Shown in pieces: positions 48,420 through 58,488 of a stretch of DNA of 64,000 nucleotides (within the stretch, counting starts at the first letter, position 1; every line of letters begins with the position of its first letter). The stretch is taken from contig JAZDJN010000056.1 in assembly GCA_043803945.1 (NCBI GenBank), positions 1 through 64,000 of the forward strand. The letters run 5' to 3'. This DNA comes from a bacterium. GTDB lineage: Bacteria; Bacteroidota; Ignavibacteria; UBA10030. The position numbers and the translations under genes were made by a program. Below the pieces are notes generated by a model. The model was not told where the DNA came from. It saw only the letters and a program-made list of their open reading frames with translations, and made no database searches.

Positions 48420-49961
48420 TCACCAGGGAATCTGATACGAGAGACTGGCAATAAGATTGTTGCGAATTTCCCGATTGATACTTACGGCGTTTGACCACGT
48501 ATCGATAAACTTCATATCAGAATACTCGTAGGTCACGTTTACGCGGAGGCTGGCAATATTCATTTCGCCGCCCAGAGAATAGACTGGATACTTAATCGGC
48601 TCTCCACGTATTGCCTTCGACAATGGTTGGAAGACTTCAGCATTTTCCGAGACCCCGCCTCGAACGATGAGCCATGAATTCGCTCGATACTGTGCTCCCG
48701 CGTGCCATAAGGAAGCGGAAAGCCAGGGATTGATTTCCTGGCCGCCGGCGTCGGTGTACGTTGCCGATGAGTATGGACGAATTTCATATTCAATACCGAT
48801 GGTAAAATCGGGACGCACTGCAATTGAAACTCCCAGTGATGCGCGAAGCGGAAGGTTGATTTTATCTTCGCCGCTGGATGAGGTGGTTGAACGGAAGTGA
48901 AGCGAATCAACCCGGGAGCTTAATTTGCTCACGGTAGTAACTGAGTCCAACGATGATGATGAGGAAAATTTCCTTGTAATGACTGTCGGGGGCTTCACCG
49001 AGAATCCAGCCGTGAACGACTGGCCGGTGTACGTGCCGCCCAGTGTAAATTCCTTGCCGCTGTAATCCGATGTACCGGTTTTCGCATAGCTGAGCATCCC
49101 CTGCTTATCAAGGCGAAGCGAACTGGTAAAGAACAGCATTCTTCCGCGGCCGACCCGTACTTCACTATCGTCCGTGCTTCCTTCCAGAATCAACCCGCTG
49201 GCACCAAGTGAGAATTGATCGGAAAGAGCCACAGAGAGAGCAGCACCATAGCCTTTGATTGACCCGTCGCGTTGCTGATAGTACTGGTACCACTGCGTAA
49301 GATAGGGATTCGCATTCAGACCGGATGTGGCAATCGTTCCGTTCAGCACCGAGAGAACCGATGGAGAAAAGCAATTATTGTTCTGGTAATACCAATTGAG
49401 ATTCGCGTATTCAACGAATCCGACTCCAAGTACCACCCGAACATCCTTCAGGGAAAACGGTGCTGCGAGGAATGCTTGAACGGGGGCGCTGTTCGATTTC
49501 GACCGATTCCAGTTTGGCCCGAGGTTATCGAATGGCCGTTGAACCGAGTCGCTTTGATCGATCACACGGACCTGTGTAGTGCCGTAAAACTTTGTCGTAT
49601 CCGGATTACTGAGCAATCCTGTCGTACCCTCCACAAGGGGACTGAACGCCGAATGCGATTGTATTCCACCGTAGCGCTGATCCTGTTTACTATAGGTCGA
49701 TTGCTGCAAACCACCGAGGGATAATTGTAATCCTTGAAGCGAGCCTAGCATTGCCGGATTTGAAAACATCAGGGAGGCATCGTTTTTTATTCCCAGCATG
49801 GTACCTCCTGCTGCGCGCGACGATACCGAAGGCGTTGTTGTACGATTCAATCCCTGCATGGAAAGCGGGTTATCGTACCCTTGTGCAAATGCGTCCTGTC
49901 CAAGCACAAGACACAGACAGAACATTGCGAGATAGGCGATTGTGTTCTTTGGCTGTTTCAT
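48420..49961 (-). CDS. Outer-membrane beta-barrel, FadL/PorV/PorQ-like, with large loops
   Basis: Signal peptide; SRAAGG...ASLMFSNPAML hatch motif; amphipathic strands; aromatic C-terminus. Confidence 0.75.
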   Translation of the reverse strand: MKQPKNTIAYLAMFCLCLVLGQDAFAQGYDNPLSMQGLNRTTTPSVSSRAAGGTMLGIKNDASLMFSNPAMLGSLQGLQLSLGGLQQSTYSKQDQRYGGIQSHSAFSPLVEGTTGLLSNPDTTKFYGTTQVRVIDQSDSVQRPFDNLGPNWNRSKSNSAPVQAFLAAPFSLKDVRVVLGVGFVEYANLNWYYQNNNCFSPSVLSVLNGTIATSGLNANPYLTQWYQYYQQRDGSIKGYGAALSVALSDQFSLGASGLILEGSTDDSEVRVGRGRMLFFTSSLRLDKQGMLSYAKTGTSDYSGKEFTLGGTYTGQSFTAGFSVKPPTVITRKFSSSSSLDSVTTVSKLSSRVDSLHFRSTTSSSGEDKINLPLRASLGVSIAVRPDFTIGIEYEIRPYSSATYTDAGGQEINPWLSASLWHAGAQYRANSWLIVRGGVSENAEVFQPLSKAIRGEPIKYPVYSLGGEMNIASLRVNVTYEYSDMKFIDTWSNAVSINREIRNNLIASLSYQIPW

Positions 49962-50995
49962 TAGAATCCCACTCCTAAGCTTATCCGATGGACATTTCCA
50001 AGGTTATAATTGAGCGCTCCGTAACTATAGTCGAAGGAAAATCGTGTTGCTCCAAGGCTCTGCTTAATGCCACAGCCCGCCGAAAATCCATCAGCATCAT
50101 AATTAAATTTGTTGCCGACTCGAAGGGCAACCATTCCGGCAAATTCATATTCCATGCCAAGGTGTGCCTGTTGGGCATAATCATTGGGTTGAAAAAGATC
50201 GAACGCTACGCTGAAGCGGTTATCATCGCTCTCCATTAGAAGAGCGTTACGGCCCATCAAGTCTGCAGCGATACCGGTACGGAGTGCCATCGGAATCGAA
50301 TTTGATTCGGATGCATACTTGACGTTCGCGCCAAAATTCTGGACCGATGCCGCGAGTTGAACCGACCGGAATCCGGTGTTATACCGCAAACCGAAATCAA
50401 AGAGAACACCGTTTGCCCAGGTCTTTACTTCTTCAGCGACACCTTTACTATTAACCGCCATAACTTGCCCTCCATCATAGAGAGACTCATGAGCATACTT
50501 GACAGTCAATCCGGTAGCGAACTTATCGGTAATCTCCTGTGCGTAACTCAGGCCGATCAGATAGGCGAACGGGCGAAAGGTCTTTCCCGTCAATCCGGGA
50601 AACTCGATATCATCCTTGTAGGGTGATGTCCAGAGCGCTTCTTGAATTTCTCCAAAGTCCACGTATTGAACCTGGAGCCCGACGGATCCGAGAGAACCAA
50701 GCGAGGTTGCGAACGAGAGTGCTCCCTGTCGCGTATCAAAAATCCAATTCAGGTATGTCAGAGAAATCTCACGATCTCTCGATAAGGCAACGCCGGCTGG
50801 ATTCCAGAACACCGCTTCTGCGCCTGTTGCCCAGACACTGTATGCATCACCCAATGCGGTCGCTCGTGCACACGGCATAACCTTTAAAAATTGCATGGAA
50901 CTGCTACCGACCTTTTGCGAAAATGCCATCGGTGAGGACAATAAGATCGCAAACATCGGCAAGAGGTATAGTGTAATTTTCTTCATCGCTCTCAT
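49961..50995 (-). CDS. PorV/PorQ-family outer-membrane protein
   Basis: KVGSSSMQFLKV...ARATALGDAY...AVFWNPAG; SVQNFG; GMEY; FDYSY; HRISLGVGF. Confidence 0.88.
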   Translation of the reverse strand: MRAMKKITLYLLPMFAILLSSPMAFSQKVGSSSMQFLKVMPCARATALGDAYSVWATGAEAVFWNPAGVALSRDREISLTYLNWIFDTRQGALSFATSLGSLGSVGLQVQYVDFGEIQEALWTSPYKDDIEFPGLTGKTFRPFAYLIGLSYAQEITDKFATGLTVKYAHESLYDGGQVMAVNSKGVAEEVKTWANGVLFDFGLRYNTGFRSVQLAASVQNFGANVKYASESNSIPMALRTGIAADLMGRNALLMESDDNRFSVAFDLFQPNDYAQQAHLGMEYEFAGMVALRVGNKFNYDADGFSAGCGIKQSLGATRFSFDYSYGALNYNLGNVHRISLGVGF

Positions 50996-51005
50996 GTCCT
51001 TTATT

Positions 51006-53363
51006 TCAATGAATGATGACAAATTTACCTGTTGCCCGGGTTCCTTCATCAAGATCTTCTACAACGTAGAAGTACACTCCGGCGGCAATACGCTGACTAT
51101 TTCGCGAAATCTGAAACCACTCATGCGAATAGACATTTGCCGTATGCTCAATTGTTCCAACCAGTTGTCCGCTATAGGAGAAAATCCGAATCACCGCATT
51201 CTTCGGCAGGCCATAAAATCCGATCTTATCGTTAATGTCCCCTTCTTTGGTTGATCCTCCAAAACTGCTGGAGAGAATGAGCGGATTCGGAGCAACATAA
51301 ATTTTTCCACCCAAGTGTTCTACCGCCCCTTTTTGTGTTGAGTGGTAGGTAATATTGGTGTATCCACTCTTCCCGCCAACAGAATCGACAGAAAGAACAC
51401 AGTAGTAATAGTTCTCGCTTAAAAGACTCTGCGTGTCCTTGAAGACATACATATCGGGATATTTTTCATCTTTGTTGTAATAGCGCGGATCTCGTATCCC
51501 GACACTGTCCAGCCGTGTCCAGGGGCCTAATCCATCTGGTGATTTCATGACGAGGTAGTGACTTAATCCGGAGCGAATTCTGCCAAGAGCCGCTGCTGCT
51601 TTAATAGCCGGCATCGAGGTGAAGCTTTCAACCTGCGGTCCCCAAACGATTTTATTCTTGACATCCGCCGCATCATAAACATTCAAGACAGGCGCGGGAA
51701 ATGGTATATGGATCTTGGATACACCATACAAGCCGGTCGCGGGAGAATTTTCCGGTTTAAATTGAACTGCATCATAGTCAACCAGCGGTCCGCCGGTATA
51801 GATCTGAATGGCTCTATCAGCAACGTCACGCAGAGAAATGACCGGGGATGGATCGACATTCGAGATTTTTCCTGCAACATACCAGGGAAGTTTATGGGCA
51901 TTGTTTTTCAAATAGGCGCTTCCCATGTAGTTGATGCCCGATAAGCCCGAGAGGCCGGGGTAGGTAAGCGAATCATACCAGGAGATCACCGGCTCATAAT
52001 ATGCTGTCGACGATGAGAACGCTCCCCCCGCATCCCGGTAGACCGTGTCTGCCGCAGTACCGGGTCCGTACCCGACGAGCGTGGCAATTGCAAACTTGAG
52101 GTGTTTCCCCCTGGGAAACACATAGGGTCCGAACGATGTATAGTGCATCGATGTTTGTGTATAGTTGCCGGAGGAGAGAGCTCTCGGTTTTGCACGGCCC
52201 TGCCAGTAATTCATGAGTTCGAGATTCACGGCAGGATTTTGTGCTATCGACGGTCCATAGTACGTTGCCCAATTTACTGAATCTGTTTTGACGGTACTCG
52301 TTGTTGATTTGAAATCAAACGACGTGTAGGGACGGGAGGAGAGTGTCAGTCCGTACGCAATAGCCCGCGAGGCACTTAAATCGACGTTTCTGTTCGGTAC
52401 TTGTTGAGCCGTATAAGGCTGTAAAAATTTGCCATTCTGATCCCACGCGCGAGCAGTATCCGTGAGTGTATAGCTTGTCATGCTCTTGGGCTGTAAATTT
52501 TCATAATCATAATGGAGCACCATCAATCCCACACCTTGTGGTGAATTCAATCCGCCGCGATTACCCTCAGTCGACCAGGCATTAAAGTATGTCGGATCGG
52601 GAAATCCATCTCTGCTGTGCACATACAACATGTACCGGGTAAAATTATAACGTCCATACACTTCACGCGCGCGGGTCGTTACAGAAGACTCGTTCCAGAC
52701 ACCATACCTTCTCTGTATTCCTAACGCCGAAGGGCAGAGACCATTGAAAAACATCACCATTCCGTCGGTATAATCCACAGCATCGGTGTTGACGATATCG
52801 TATTCAATAATAATGAATGCATCGTACCCGGGAAAACTCCATGCGCGGCTGGTTTGAGTAATCAAAAGTTTCATCGGGTTCGTGGTGGTATACTGTGTGA
52901 CAATGATTTCTTCAGCCTCATTAGGATTGTATGCAGTATTGAGGCTGCCATCTGCTAATAAAGGGTAGTTTTCCGTTCGGGTAATACTCCCGGGAATAGA
53001 GTATATACCTGCAATTGTTGTCGCATTGCCGGATCCGTCGGTAATTCCACCGCATGCTTTCGCAACATAGGTGCCGTTAATCTTTGCCTGAAACAGGATG
53101 CCGCCTCCGAAAGAATTCTGATGCCCCCAGTACACAATCTGATTCAGCGTTTGTCGTGAATTGGGGGGCCACTCCAGGGAAGAGGTCCCCTCCGGCAGAC
53201 CGACCGTCGTCGAATTGCTGGCTTCAGTAGCTCTTCCTATCTCCCCGGTGTTGTAAATCGTCTGGCGCACCATGCTGCGCGTATGCGTCTTGAAATCGCG
53301 CTGCGATACGGCAAGAGACGAAACCAGGGCCATCATGAGAAAAATATATACGAGATGTTTCAT
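51006..53363 (-). CDS. Large secreted protein (785 aa) of unknown function with an atypical T9SS-like C-terminal domain
   Basis: Signal peptide MKHLVYIF with AGGA RBS; C-terminus IYVAPNP...IGFYGLP...IRIFSYSGQLV...IAAGVYFYVV...GKFVIIH. Confidence 0.8.
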   Translation of the reverse strand: MKHLVYIFLMMALVSSLAVSQRDFKTHTRSMVRQTIYNTGEIGRATEASNSTTVGLPEGTSSLEWPPNSRQTLNQIVYWGHQNSFGGGILFQAKINGTYVAKACGGITDGSGNATTIAGIYSIPGSITRTENYPLLADGSLNTAYNPNEAEEIIVTQYTTTNPMKLLITQTSRAWSFPGYDAFIIIEYDIVNTDAVDYTDGMVMFFNGLCPSALGIQRRYGVWNESSVTTRAREVYGRYNFTRYMLYVHSRDGFPDPTYFNAWSTEGNRGGLNSPQGVGLMVLHYDYENLQPKSMTSYTLTDTARAWDQNGKFLQPYTAQQVPNRNVDLSASRAIAYGLTLSSRPYTSFDFKSTTSTVKTDSVNWATYYGPSIAQNPAVNLELMNYWQGRAKPRALSSGNYTQTSMHYTSFGPYVFPRGKHLKFAIATLVGYGPGTAADTVYRDAGGAFSSSTAYYEPVISWYDSLTYPGLSGLSGINYMGSAYLKNNAHKLPWYVAGKISNVDPSPVISLRDVADRAIQIYTGGPLVDYDAVQFKPENSPATGLYGVSKIHIPFPAPVLNVYDAADVKNKIVWGPQVESFTSMPAIKAAAALGRIRSGLSHYLVMKSPDGLGPWTRLDSVGIRDPRYYNKDEKYPDMYVFKDTQSLLSENYYYCVLSVDSVGGKSGYTNITYHSTQKGAVEHLGGKIYVAPNPLILSSSFGGSTKEGDINDKIGFYGLPKNAVIRIFSYSGQLVGTIEHTANVYSHEWFQISRNSQRIAAGVYFYVVEDLDEGTRATGKFVIIH

Positions 53364-53394
53364 TTGGGATTCCTGCATAATGGTAAATGATTTT

Positions 53395-56388
53395 TCAAAA
53401 TTCAAATGACAGTCCGACAAAGAACGATCGCGGTGCATTATCGTACAGCAGGAACGAGTGATCCACGGCGAACGCGCCTCCAAGATTCTGATCATCCCAG
53501 TAGAGTACGCCATTATTCGGATCATTGAATGCATAAGTGGAGTACCTCCGAGTAGCCTCATTCTGATCAATCTTGTTCGCCGTATTGAACAAATACGAAT
53601 AGTTGAAAATTTTAGTGCTGAACAAATTAAACACTTCGACATAGAGCGTTGCAGAGACCCCGATGAGGTTTTTCATAGCCTTCGAAACTCGGAGATTTGT
53701 GTTATATTCAGTCGGTGAACGAAGGCCGTTCACGTCGCTCGCATCATCGGGCGAAGTGTAAGGACGTCCGCTGCGGCCAAACGAATTGATCGAGATGACC
53801 ATGCTTTCTAAAGGATGGAGACCTCCTATGTCGGGACCGAATTGCTCAGGCGTCATGTATGCAATATTGACGATGACATTGTGCGTCCGGTCAAAGTTCA
53901 ACAGCACATCCTTGATCGGAACTTTCGACACCACATCCGTCGAAATGACACCTGAGAGATTCTTAGTAATTGCCATGGGAGCGTTCGACGAGGAAGAGCT
54001 CTTTCCAGTCGCCACGCTGAATTGATAGTTGATCGATCCTGTAATGGCACCTCTCCTTTTTGCCAGTGAGACCCGGAAACCACGAACGTCTGCGTAGTCT
54101 CTATTAAAGAAGGAGTAGTAGCTTGTACCAGTCGAAAGGTTTGTGAAGACCGCTTGTTCGATCAGATCCTTGATGTCTTTGTAATAGCCGCTGACATCAA
54201 GTGTAAATCCCGCATCTAATCCTTGCATGAGACCGATATCGTACTGATTCGTCACCTGCGGCTTGAGCCTCGGATTGCCCAGGCTTGAGACCGAAGCAGG
54301 AGATGGCGGGGGCGGCATTTTCTGTGTCGAGCCGATGACATTTTGAAATGAGGGCCGCTGCATAAACGTTCCATAGTTCAGGTGGAAGACTGTCCCCACC
54401 GAAACGGGAAATGAAACACCGACGCGAGGCTGCAGCCGGGCAATGGGTTTGGATTTTACTTTTGGAGCCAGGTTGGCGTCATAGTTCAGCGTCGGTCTGC
54501 CCAATGAATCGCGCAGGACGAATGGATCGAACTCATCGAAATAGTACTCATTATTGGAGTCCCACACATCCCAGCGCATGCCGACATTGGCAATCATCCC
54601 CTCGAATTCCATCTTATCCTGAACGTAGAGTCCCAGTTCATAGGGCTGTCCTGTATATTTTGTTACTGAGATGCTGCCCTTCGATTTGATATTCCCCACA
54701 TTATCGCGGCTAATTTCATAATAGTTCGCCTGAATACCCGTATTGAGGAGATGGGACTTCGTCACCTGACTGGTAATCGATGCATCCAGGGATGCAGTAA
54801 AAGTTTTATCATTGGTAAAATTACCCAGAGTATTTGCGAGGTAAAAGAATGTCTTACCGACCATGTTCTGGTAGTACATGAAATTCATCTCTCGAGTAAT
54901 AATAGCCGTGCCGGTTTCTGTATTGCGTACCTGATCAGAGACCGTGTCGTACCACGGAGACGTACCCAGCCTGTTTGTTGTCCGCAGAGTGTTCAATTTA
55001 ATTTCATAGAAGGTGCTCGGACTGACCGCCTGCGTAAACCGGGCTCCAAGCTGAAGGTTGGTTCGTTCCTGATACGCGATTCCCAGAATCCTGTCCCAGG
55101 TCCATTGATAGAATCCTGTTCCGCCTCCTAAGATATTGTCAAATTCGTACTGATAGCCGCCGCTCAGTCTGAGTGCGGCACTCGCACCCAGGTCGAATAC
55201 AATATTTCCCATCACCTGTTGCTGCTTGTTCGGCTCTTCAGTCATAACGATGGAATTGTCATTCTCCGAGCGAAGGGCGAGAAAAGCCGTTACCCCTGAG
55301 GCGAGCGGACCGCCGAAGGCGCCTTCAATACTATAGTCAATTTGCGATTTCCAGTATTTGCTGTTCAAGTCTTTTGCTGTCGCACTTTTCCAAAGAGTCT
55401 GTGCAGCCTGGAGCATGACCGTCGAATCACCGCCGAAGTCCGAAGCAGTCCATCCAAGAATCGATTTATATCCTGTTGTTGCATCTCCATTCTTCCAGAA
55501 GTTCGGATCGGCAAGCTTTTGGAGGTAGGGCTGTGCGTTTTCGTCGTAGACGCTGGGGCCGAAATATTTTAACCCGGGTGCTCGCGCCCGCACCTCAAAC
55601 TTCGAACGCCATTTATCCGACTTTCCTTCTTTCATGGTTATGTTGACCACACCCGATTGTGCATTTCCATACTGGGCGCCAAAACCGCTGGTAATCACCT
55701 CTACTTCTTCGACAGCGCTCATAATTGGTCTGAAGGCGGCGGAGGCATCGAGCGGATTTGTGATTCCCATGCCCTGTAACATGTAATACTCTTCATTGGC
55801 GCGGCCGCCGCGAAAGTGACCGTCGGTAATATCTGCCGCTAAACCAATAACATCGTTCACGTCCCTCATACCCGCGAGCGCCTGCACTTCATCACCGCGG
55901 ATGATTGTACTCGTGGACGTTTTTTCCCGTTCCACATCCGGGCGTGTTGCCTGAATGATCACCGCTTCCTTCTCAACCGCTGATGATTTCAATTTGAAGT
56001 CTGCGTTGGTGGTTCGTCCGGAATTTACGATAAGGTCACGCTGGACAACTTTTTCATAACCGATGATGGAAGCCTGCAGGTCGTACTTCCCGGGCGGGAT
56101 ATTGAGAATAAAGTAGGTTCCTTCCACGTCTGTCACTGCTCCCAGTTTTGTACCGAGGAGCATGACATTCGCACCAATCAACGATTCTCCAGTATCAGCA
56201 TCCTTAATGCTTCCCGACAACTTTCCGGCAGTTTGCGCCGTCAACATATTCAACGCAAAAAGAACCAGGAGAACAACACTGAAAATCTTAATGACTCTCC
56301 ATGGTAATACTTGAGGTTGTACATACGATGGCTGCAATTTTTTCTTGCACCCCGCATGCACTGATTGCAGGTAAGGATTCTTTGTCAT
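53395..56388 (-). CDS. TonB-dependent transporter (non-SusC type)
   Basis: CarboxypepD-like N-domain; HFRGGR, GFGAQYGNAQSGVVNI plug; QPRVGVSFP, GNPRLKP; ends in SFEF; TAAGGAG RBS. Confidence 0.95.
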   Translation of the reverse strand: MTKNPYLQSVHAGCKKKLQPSYVQPQVLPWRVIKIFSVVLLVLFALNMLTAQTAGKLSGSIKDADTGESLIGANVMLLGTKLGAVTDVEGTYFILNIPPGKYDLQASIIGYEKVVQRDLIVNSGRTTNADFKLKSSAVEKEAVIIQATRPDVEREKTSTSTIIRGDEVQALAGMRDVNDVIGLAADITDGHFRGGRANEEYYMLQGMGITNPLDASAAFRPIMSAVEEVEVITSGFGAQYGNAQSGVVNITMKEGKSDKWRSKFEVRARAPGLKYFGPSVYDENAQPYLQKLADPNFWKNGDATTGYKSILGWTASDFGGDSTVMLQAAQTLWKSATAKDLNSKYWKSQIDYSIEGAFGGPLASGVTAFLALRSENDNSIVMTEEPNKQQQVMGNIVFDLGASAALRLSGGYQYEFDNILGGGTGFYQWTWDRILGIAYQERTNLQLGARFTQAVSPSTFYEIKLNTLRTTNRLGTSPWYDTVSDQVRNTETGTAIITREMNFMYYQNMVGKTFFYLANTLGNFTNDKTFTASLDASITSQVTKSHLLNTGIQANYYEISRDNVGNIKSKGSISVTKYTGQPYELGLYVQDKMEFEGMIANVGMRWDVWDSNNEYYFDEFDPFVLRDSLGRPTLNYDANLAPKVKSKPIARLQPRVGVSFPVSVGTVFHLNYGTFMQRPSFQNVIGSTQKMPPPPSPASVSSLGNPRLKPQVTNQYDIGLMQGLDAGFTLDVSGYYKDIKDLIEQAVFTNLSTGTSYYSFFNRDYADVRGFRVSLAKRRGAITGSINYQFSVATGKSSSSSNAPMAITKNLSGVISTDVVSKVPIKDVLLNFDRTHNVIVNIAYMTPEQFGPDIGGLHPLESMVISINSFGRSGRPYTSPDDASDVNGLRSPTEYNTNLRVSKAMKNLIGVSATLYVEVFNLFSTKIFNYSYLFNTANKIDQNEATRRYSTYAFNDPNNGVLYWDDQNLGGAFAVDHSFLLYDNAPRSFFVGLSFEF

Positions 56389-56478
56389 TTGCGCTCCTTA
56401 TCAATTGATGACAAGTATCGGTTAAATGCTCTCTTCGTTTTATCACTCACAAATTGATGGAAAAACTTCTCATCAGAC

Positions 56479-58020
56479 TTATTTTGAATTTCTCGAACTC
56501 GATTGATAGGTTAGACGAACATTGATCATCGTCAAGTCTTTGACATTCTCGAGCACATTCGGTTCGGCAACATTGTTGAAGGTGCAATTCTCCAGGGAAA
56601 TTTTCGTTGCCGGAGAGCGATCGTAGGCCCGGATCCAAATACCAAATCGACTTTTGCTGCAAACCACATTTCTGACATCAATATTGCGGACGATGGGGGT
56701 AAAATTCCCCTTCTCTCCTTCTTCATAATAGAAATCAATTTTTACCACAGCTTCAGCAACCTGCCCGACAGTTACGTTTCGCATATAAATATTCTCGATC
56801 ACTCCGCCGCGTACGGCATTCGTCTTAATCCTAAGCACCCTATCGAGATTGGGACTGTCCATGGAACAATCTTCTGCATAAACATTCCTGACACCGCCAC
56901 TTATTTCACTGCCGATAACCACACCGCCATGGCCATTCTTCATGAAACATCCCTGGATGATAATGTTCTTGCTGGGAGCATTCACCCGCCTGCCATCGTT
57001 GTTTCTGCCCGATTTGATGGCGATACAATCATCACCATTGTTGAACTTGCAATTCTTGATGAGAACGTCCGTGCAGGATTCCGGATCGCAGCCATCGTTG
57101 TTCGGACCCTGGCCTTCTGTCGTTACACCGAGAATTGTAACATTCCGACATAACACAGGGTGAAGAAACCACATCGGTGAATCCTTAAACGTCACACCCT
57201 CGACCAGCACATTCTTACAGCGTACTGGCGTAAAAAAATTGGGGCGCAGATATGAGCCTTCGCCGAACACCCTCTGCGGTACCGGAACACCCTCTTCTCC
57301 CATTGCCCCCAGTTTTTTGCGGGCTTCATTTTGATTCTGTTTGTTCGCGCCGGTTTCCTTACTCCCTTTCCAACTCCACCAGTTTTCAACTGCACCCTGA
57401 CCGTCGAGAATTCCTTTTCCCGTAACAGCAATATTCTCCTGCTCGAACGCATAAATCAATGCCGAATAATTCATGCATTCGATTCCTTCCCAACGAGTAA
57501 AGACCAACGGGAGATACTTTTGGGATTCGGTGCTGAATTTGAGAATTGATCCTTCTGCGAGATGAAGATTGACATTACTTTTCAGGTGTATCGAACCGGT
57601 GAGATAGACTCCTTTCGGAATCACCACACGGCCTCCCTTTTCTTTTGAACACTTCTCGATTGCTTGTGCTATCGCCGCACTGCAATCTGTGACACCATCT
57701 CCCTTAGCACCGAATGCGGTGATCTCATAATCTTTTTTGGGAAACACTGGAGCAGTAATACGCTTGAGGATCGCCGGAACGACATCCCACCCCTGCAGTT
57801 TCGAACTGTGCTGCTGCGCTTGGAGCGGAATCAGGAAAACAAGGGAGAGAAGAAGAGAAAGAAGAAGGGAGAGCACATGGATTGGGATTGTTGAATGGGT
57901 GTGCGGGATGTGGAATGTTTTCATCTCCGCAGTACACCAACGTATTGTATTTGGTTTCTCGGTCATTGATGGTAAGACGCTGAAATTGTGCAACGGATAA
58001 AAATGTTTTACTCGGATCAT
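56479..58020 (-). CDS. Glycoside hydrolase family 28
   Basis: FGAKGDG, NNDGCDPES, GDDCIAIKSG, HGGVVIGSE, RIKT. Confidence 0.96.
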   Translation of the reverse strand: MIRVKHFYPLHNFSVLPSMTEKPNTIRWCTAEMKTFHIPHTHSTIPIHVLSLLLSLLLSLVFLIPLQAQQHSSKLQGWDVVPAILKRITAPVFPKKDYEITAFGAKGDGVTDCSAAIAQAIEKCSKEKGGRVVIPKGVYLTGSIHLKSNVNLHLAEGSILKFSTESQKYLPLVFTRWEGIECMNYSALIYAFEQENIAVTGKGILDGQGAVENWWSWKGSKETGANKQNQNEARKKLGAMGEEGVPVPQRVFGEGSYLRPNFFTPVRCKNVLVEGVTFKDSPMWFLHPVLCRNVTILGVTTEGQGPNNDGCDPESCTDVLIKNCKFNNGDDCIAIKSGRNNDGRRVNAPSKNIIIQGCFMKNGHGGVVIGSEISGGVRNVYAEDCSMDSPNLDRVLRIKTNAVRGGVIENIYMRNVTVGQVAEAVVKIDFYYEEGEKGNFTPIVRNIDVRNVVCSKSRFGIWIRAYDRSPATKISLENCTFNNVAEPNVLENVKDLTMINVRLTYQSSSRNSK

Positions 58021-58134
58021 TTGGGCTCCACCGTACGTGTAATTAAATCCTGGTGTTCAGCAGAAGCGAAAGAATTCACTTCCTTGGTCCTCAGTCGATC
58101 AAATCTTGAGTTGGAGGTGCAATTTACTTAATCG

Positions 58135-58183
58135 ATAGCTTTATCGGTAAAGCTATTGTACAGAAATAATTGAAATCTGTCAA
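58135..58183 (-). promoter_or_regulatory. Sigma70-type promoter of the pectin locus with overlapping LacI-type operator
   Basis: Minus strand TTGACA (58183-58178)-N17-TACAAT (58160-58155). Palindrome ATAGCTTTATCGGTAAAGCTAT (58135-58156) with a central CG covers the predicted +1. Confidence 0.8.
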
Positions 58184-58488
58184 GAAAAATATTTTCTGCA
58201 AGCACAGATGAGCAACAATCATGAAATCGTTTCGGTTACCATCTCGCCCTCAGCGTCTCAAGGGAAATTGTGAACGAAAAAGAATACTGAGAATCAATCT
58301 CTGCCCAAGCAATAAAAAGCTTGTAAAAAAAGTTGAGTGAAATAACTGTTGAAATTCTTCAAAATTTCTAAATTCTTACCTGTCAGGAATAGGAATCTCC
58401 AGGACTCGATTGGTTTGCATTCAAGAAAAAAACTCTTACAATGCACTCATCGTACCACAGTCCTGAACATTTGAATAAGGATTACACT

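Noticed and set aside
53364-53642. 93-aa N-terminal extension of the cargo ORF overlapping the TBDT
   Set aside because: The RBS and signal peptide place the real start at 53363.
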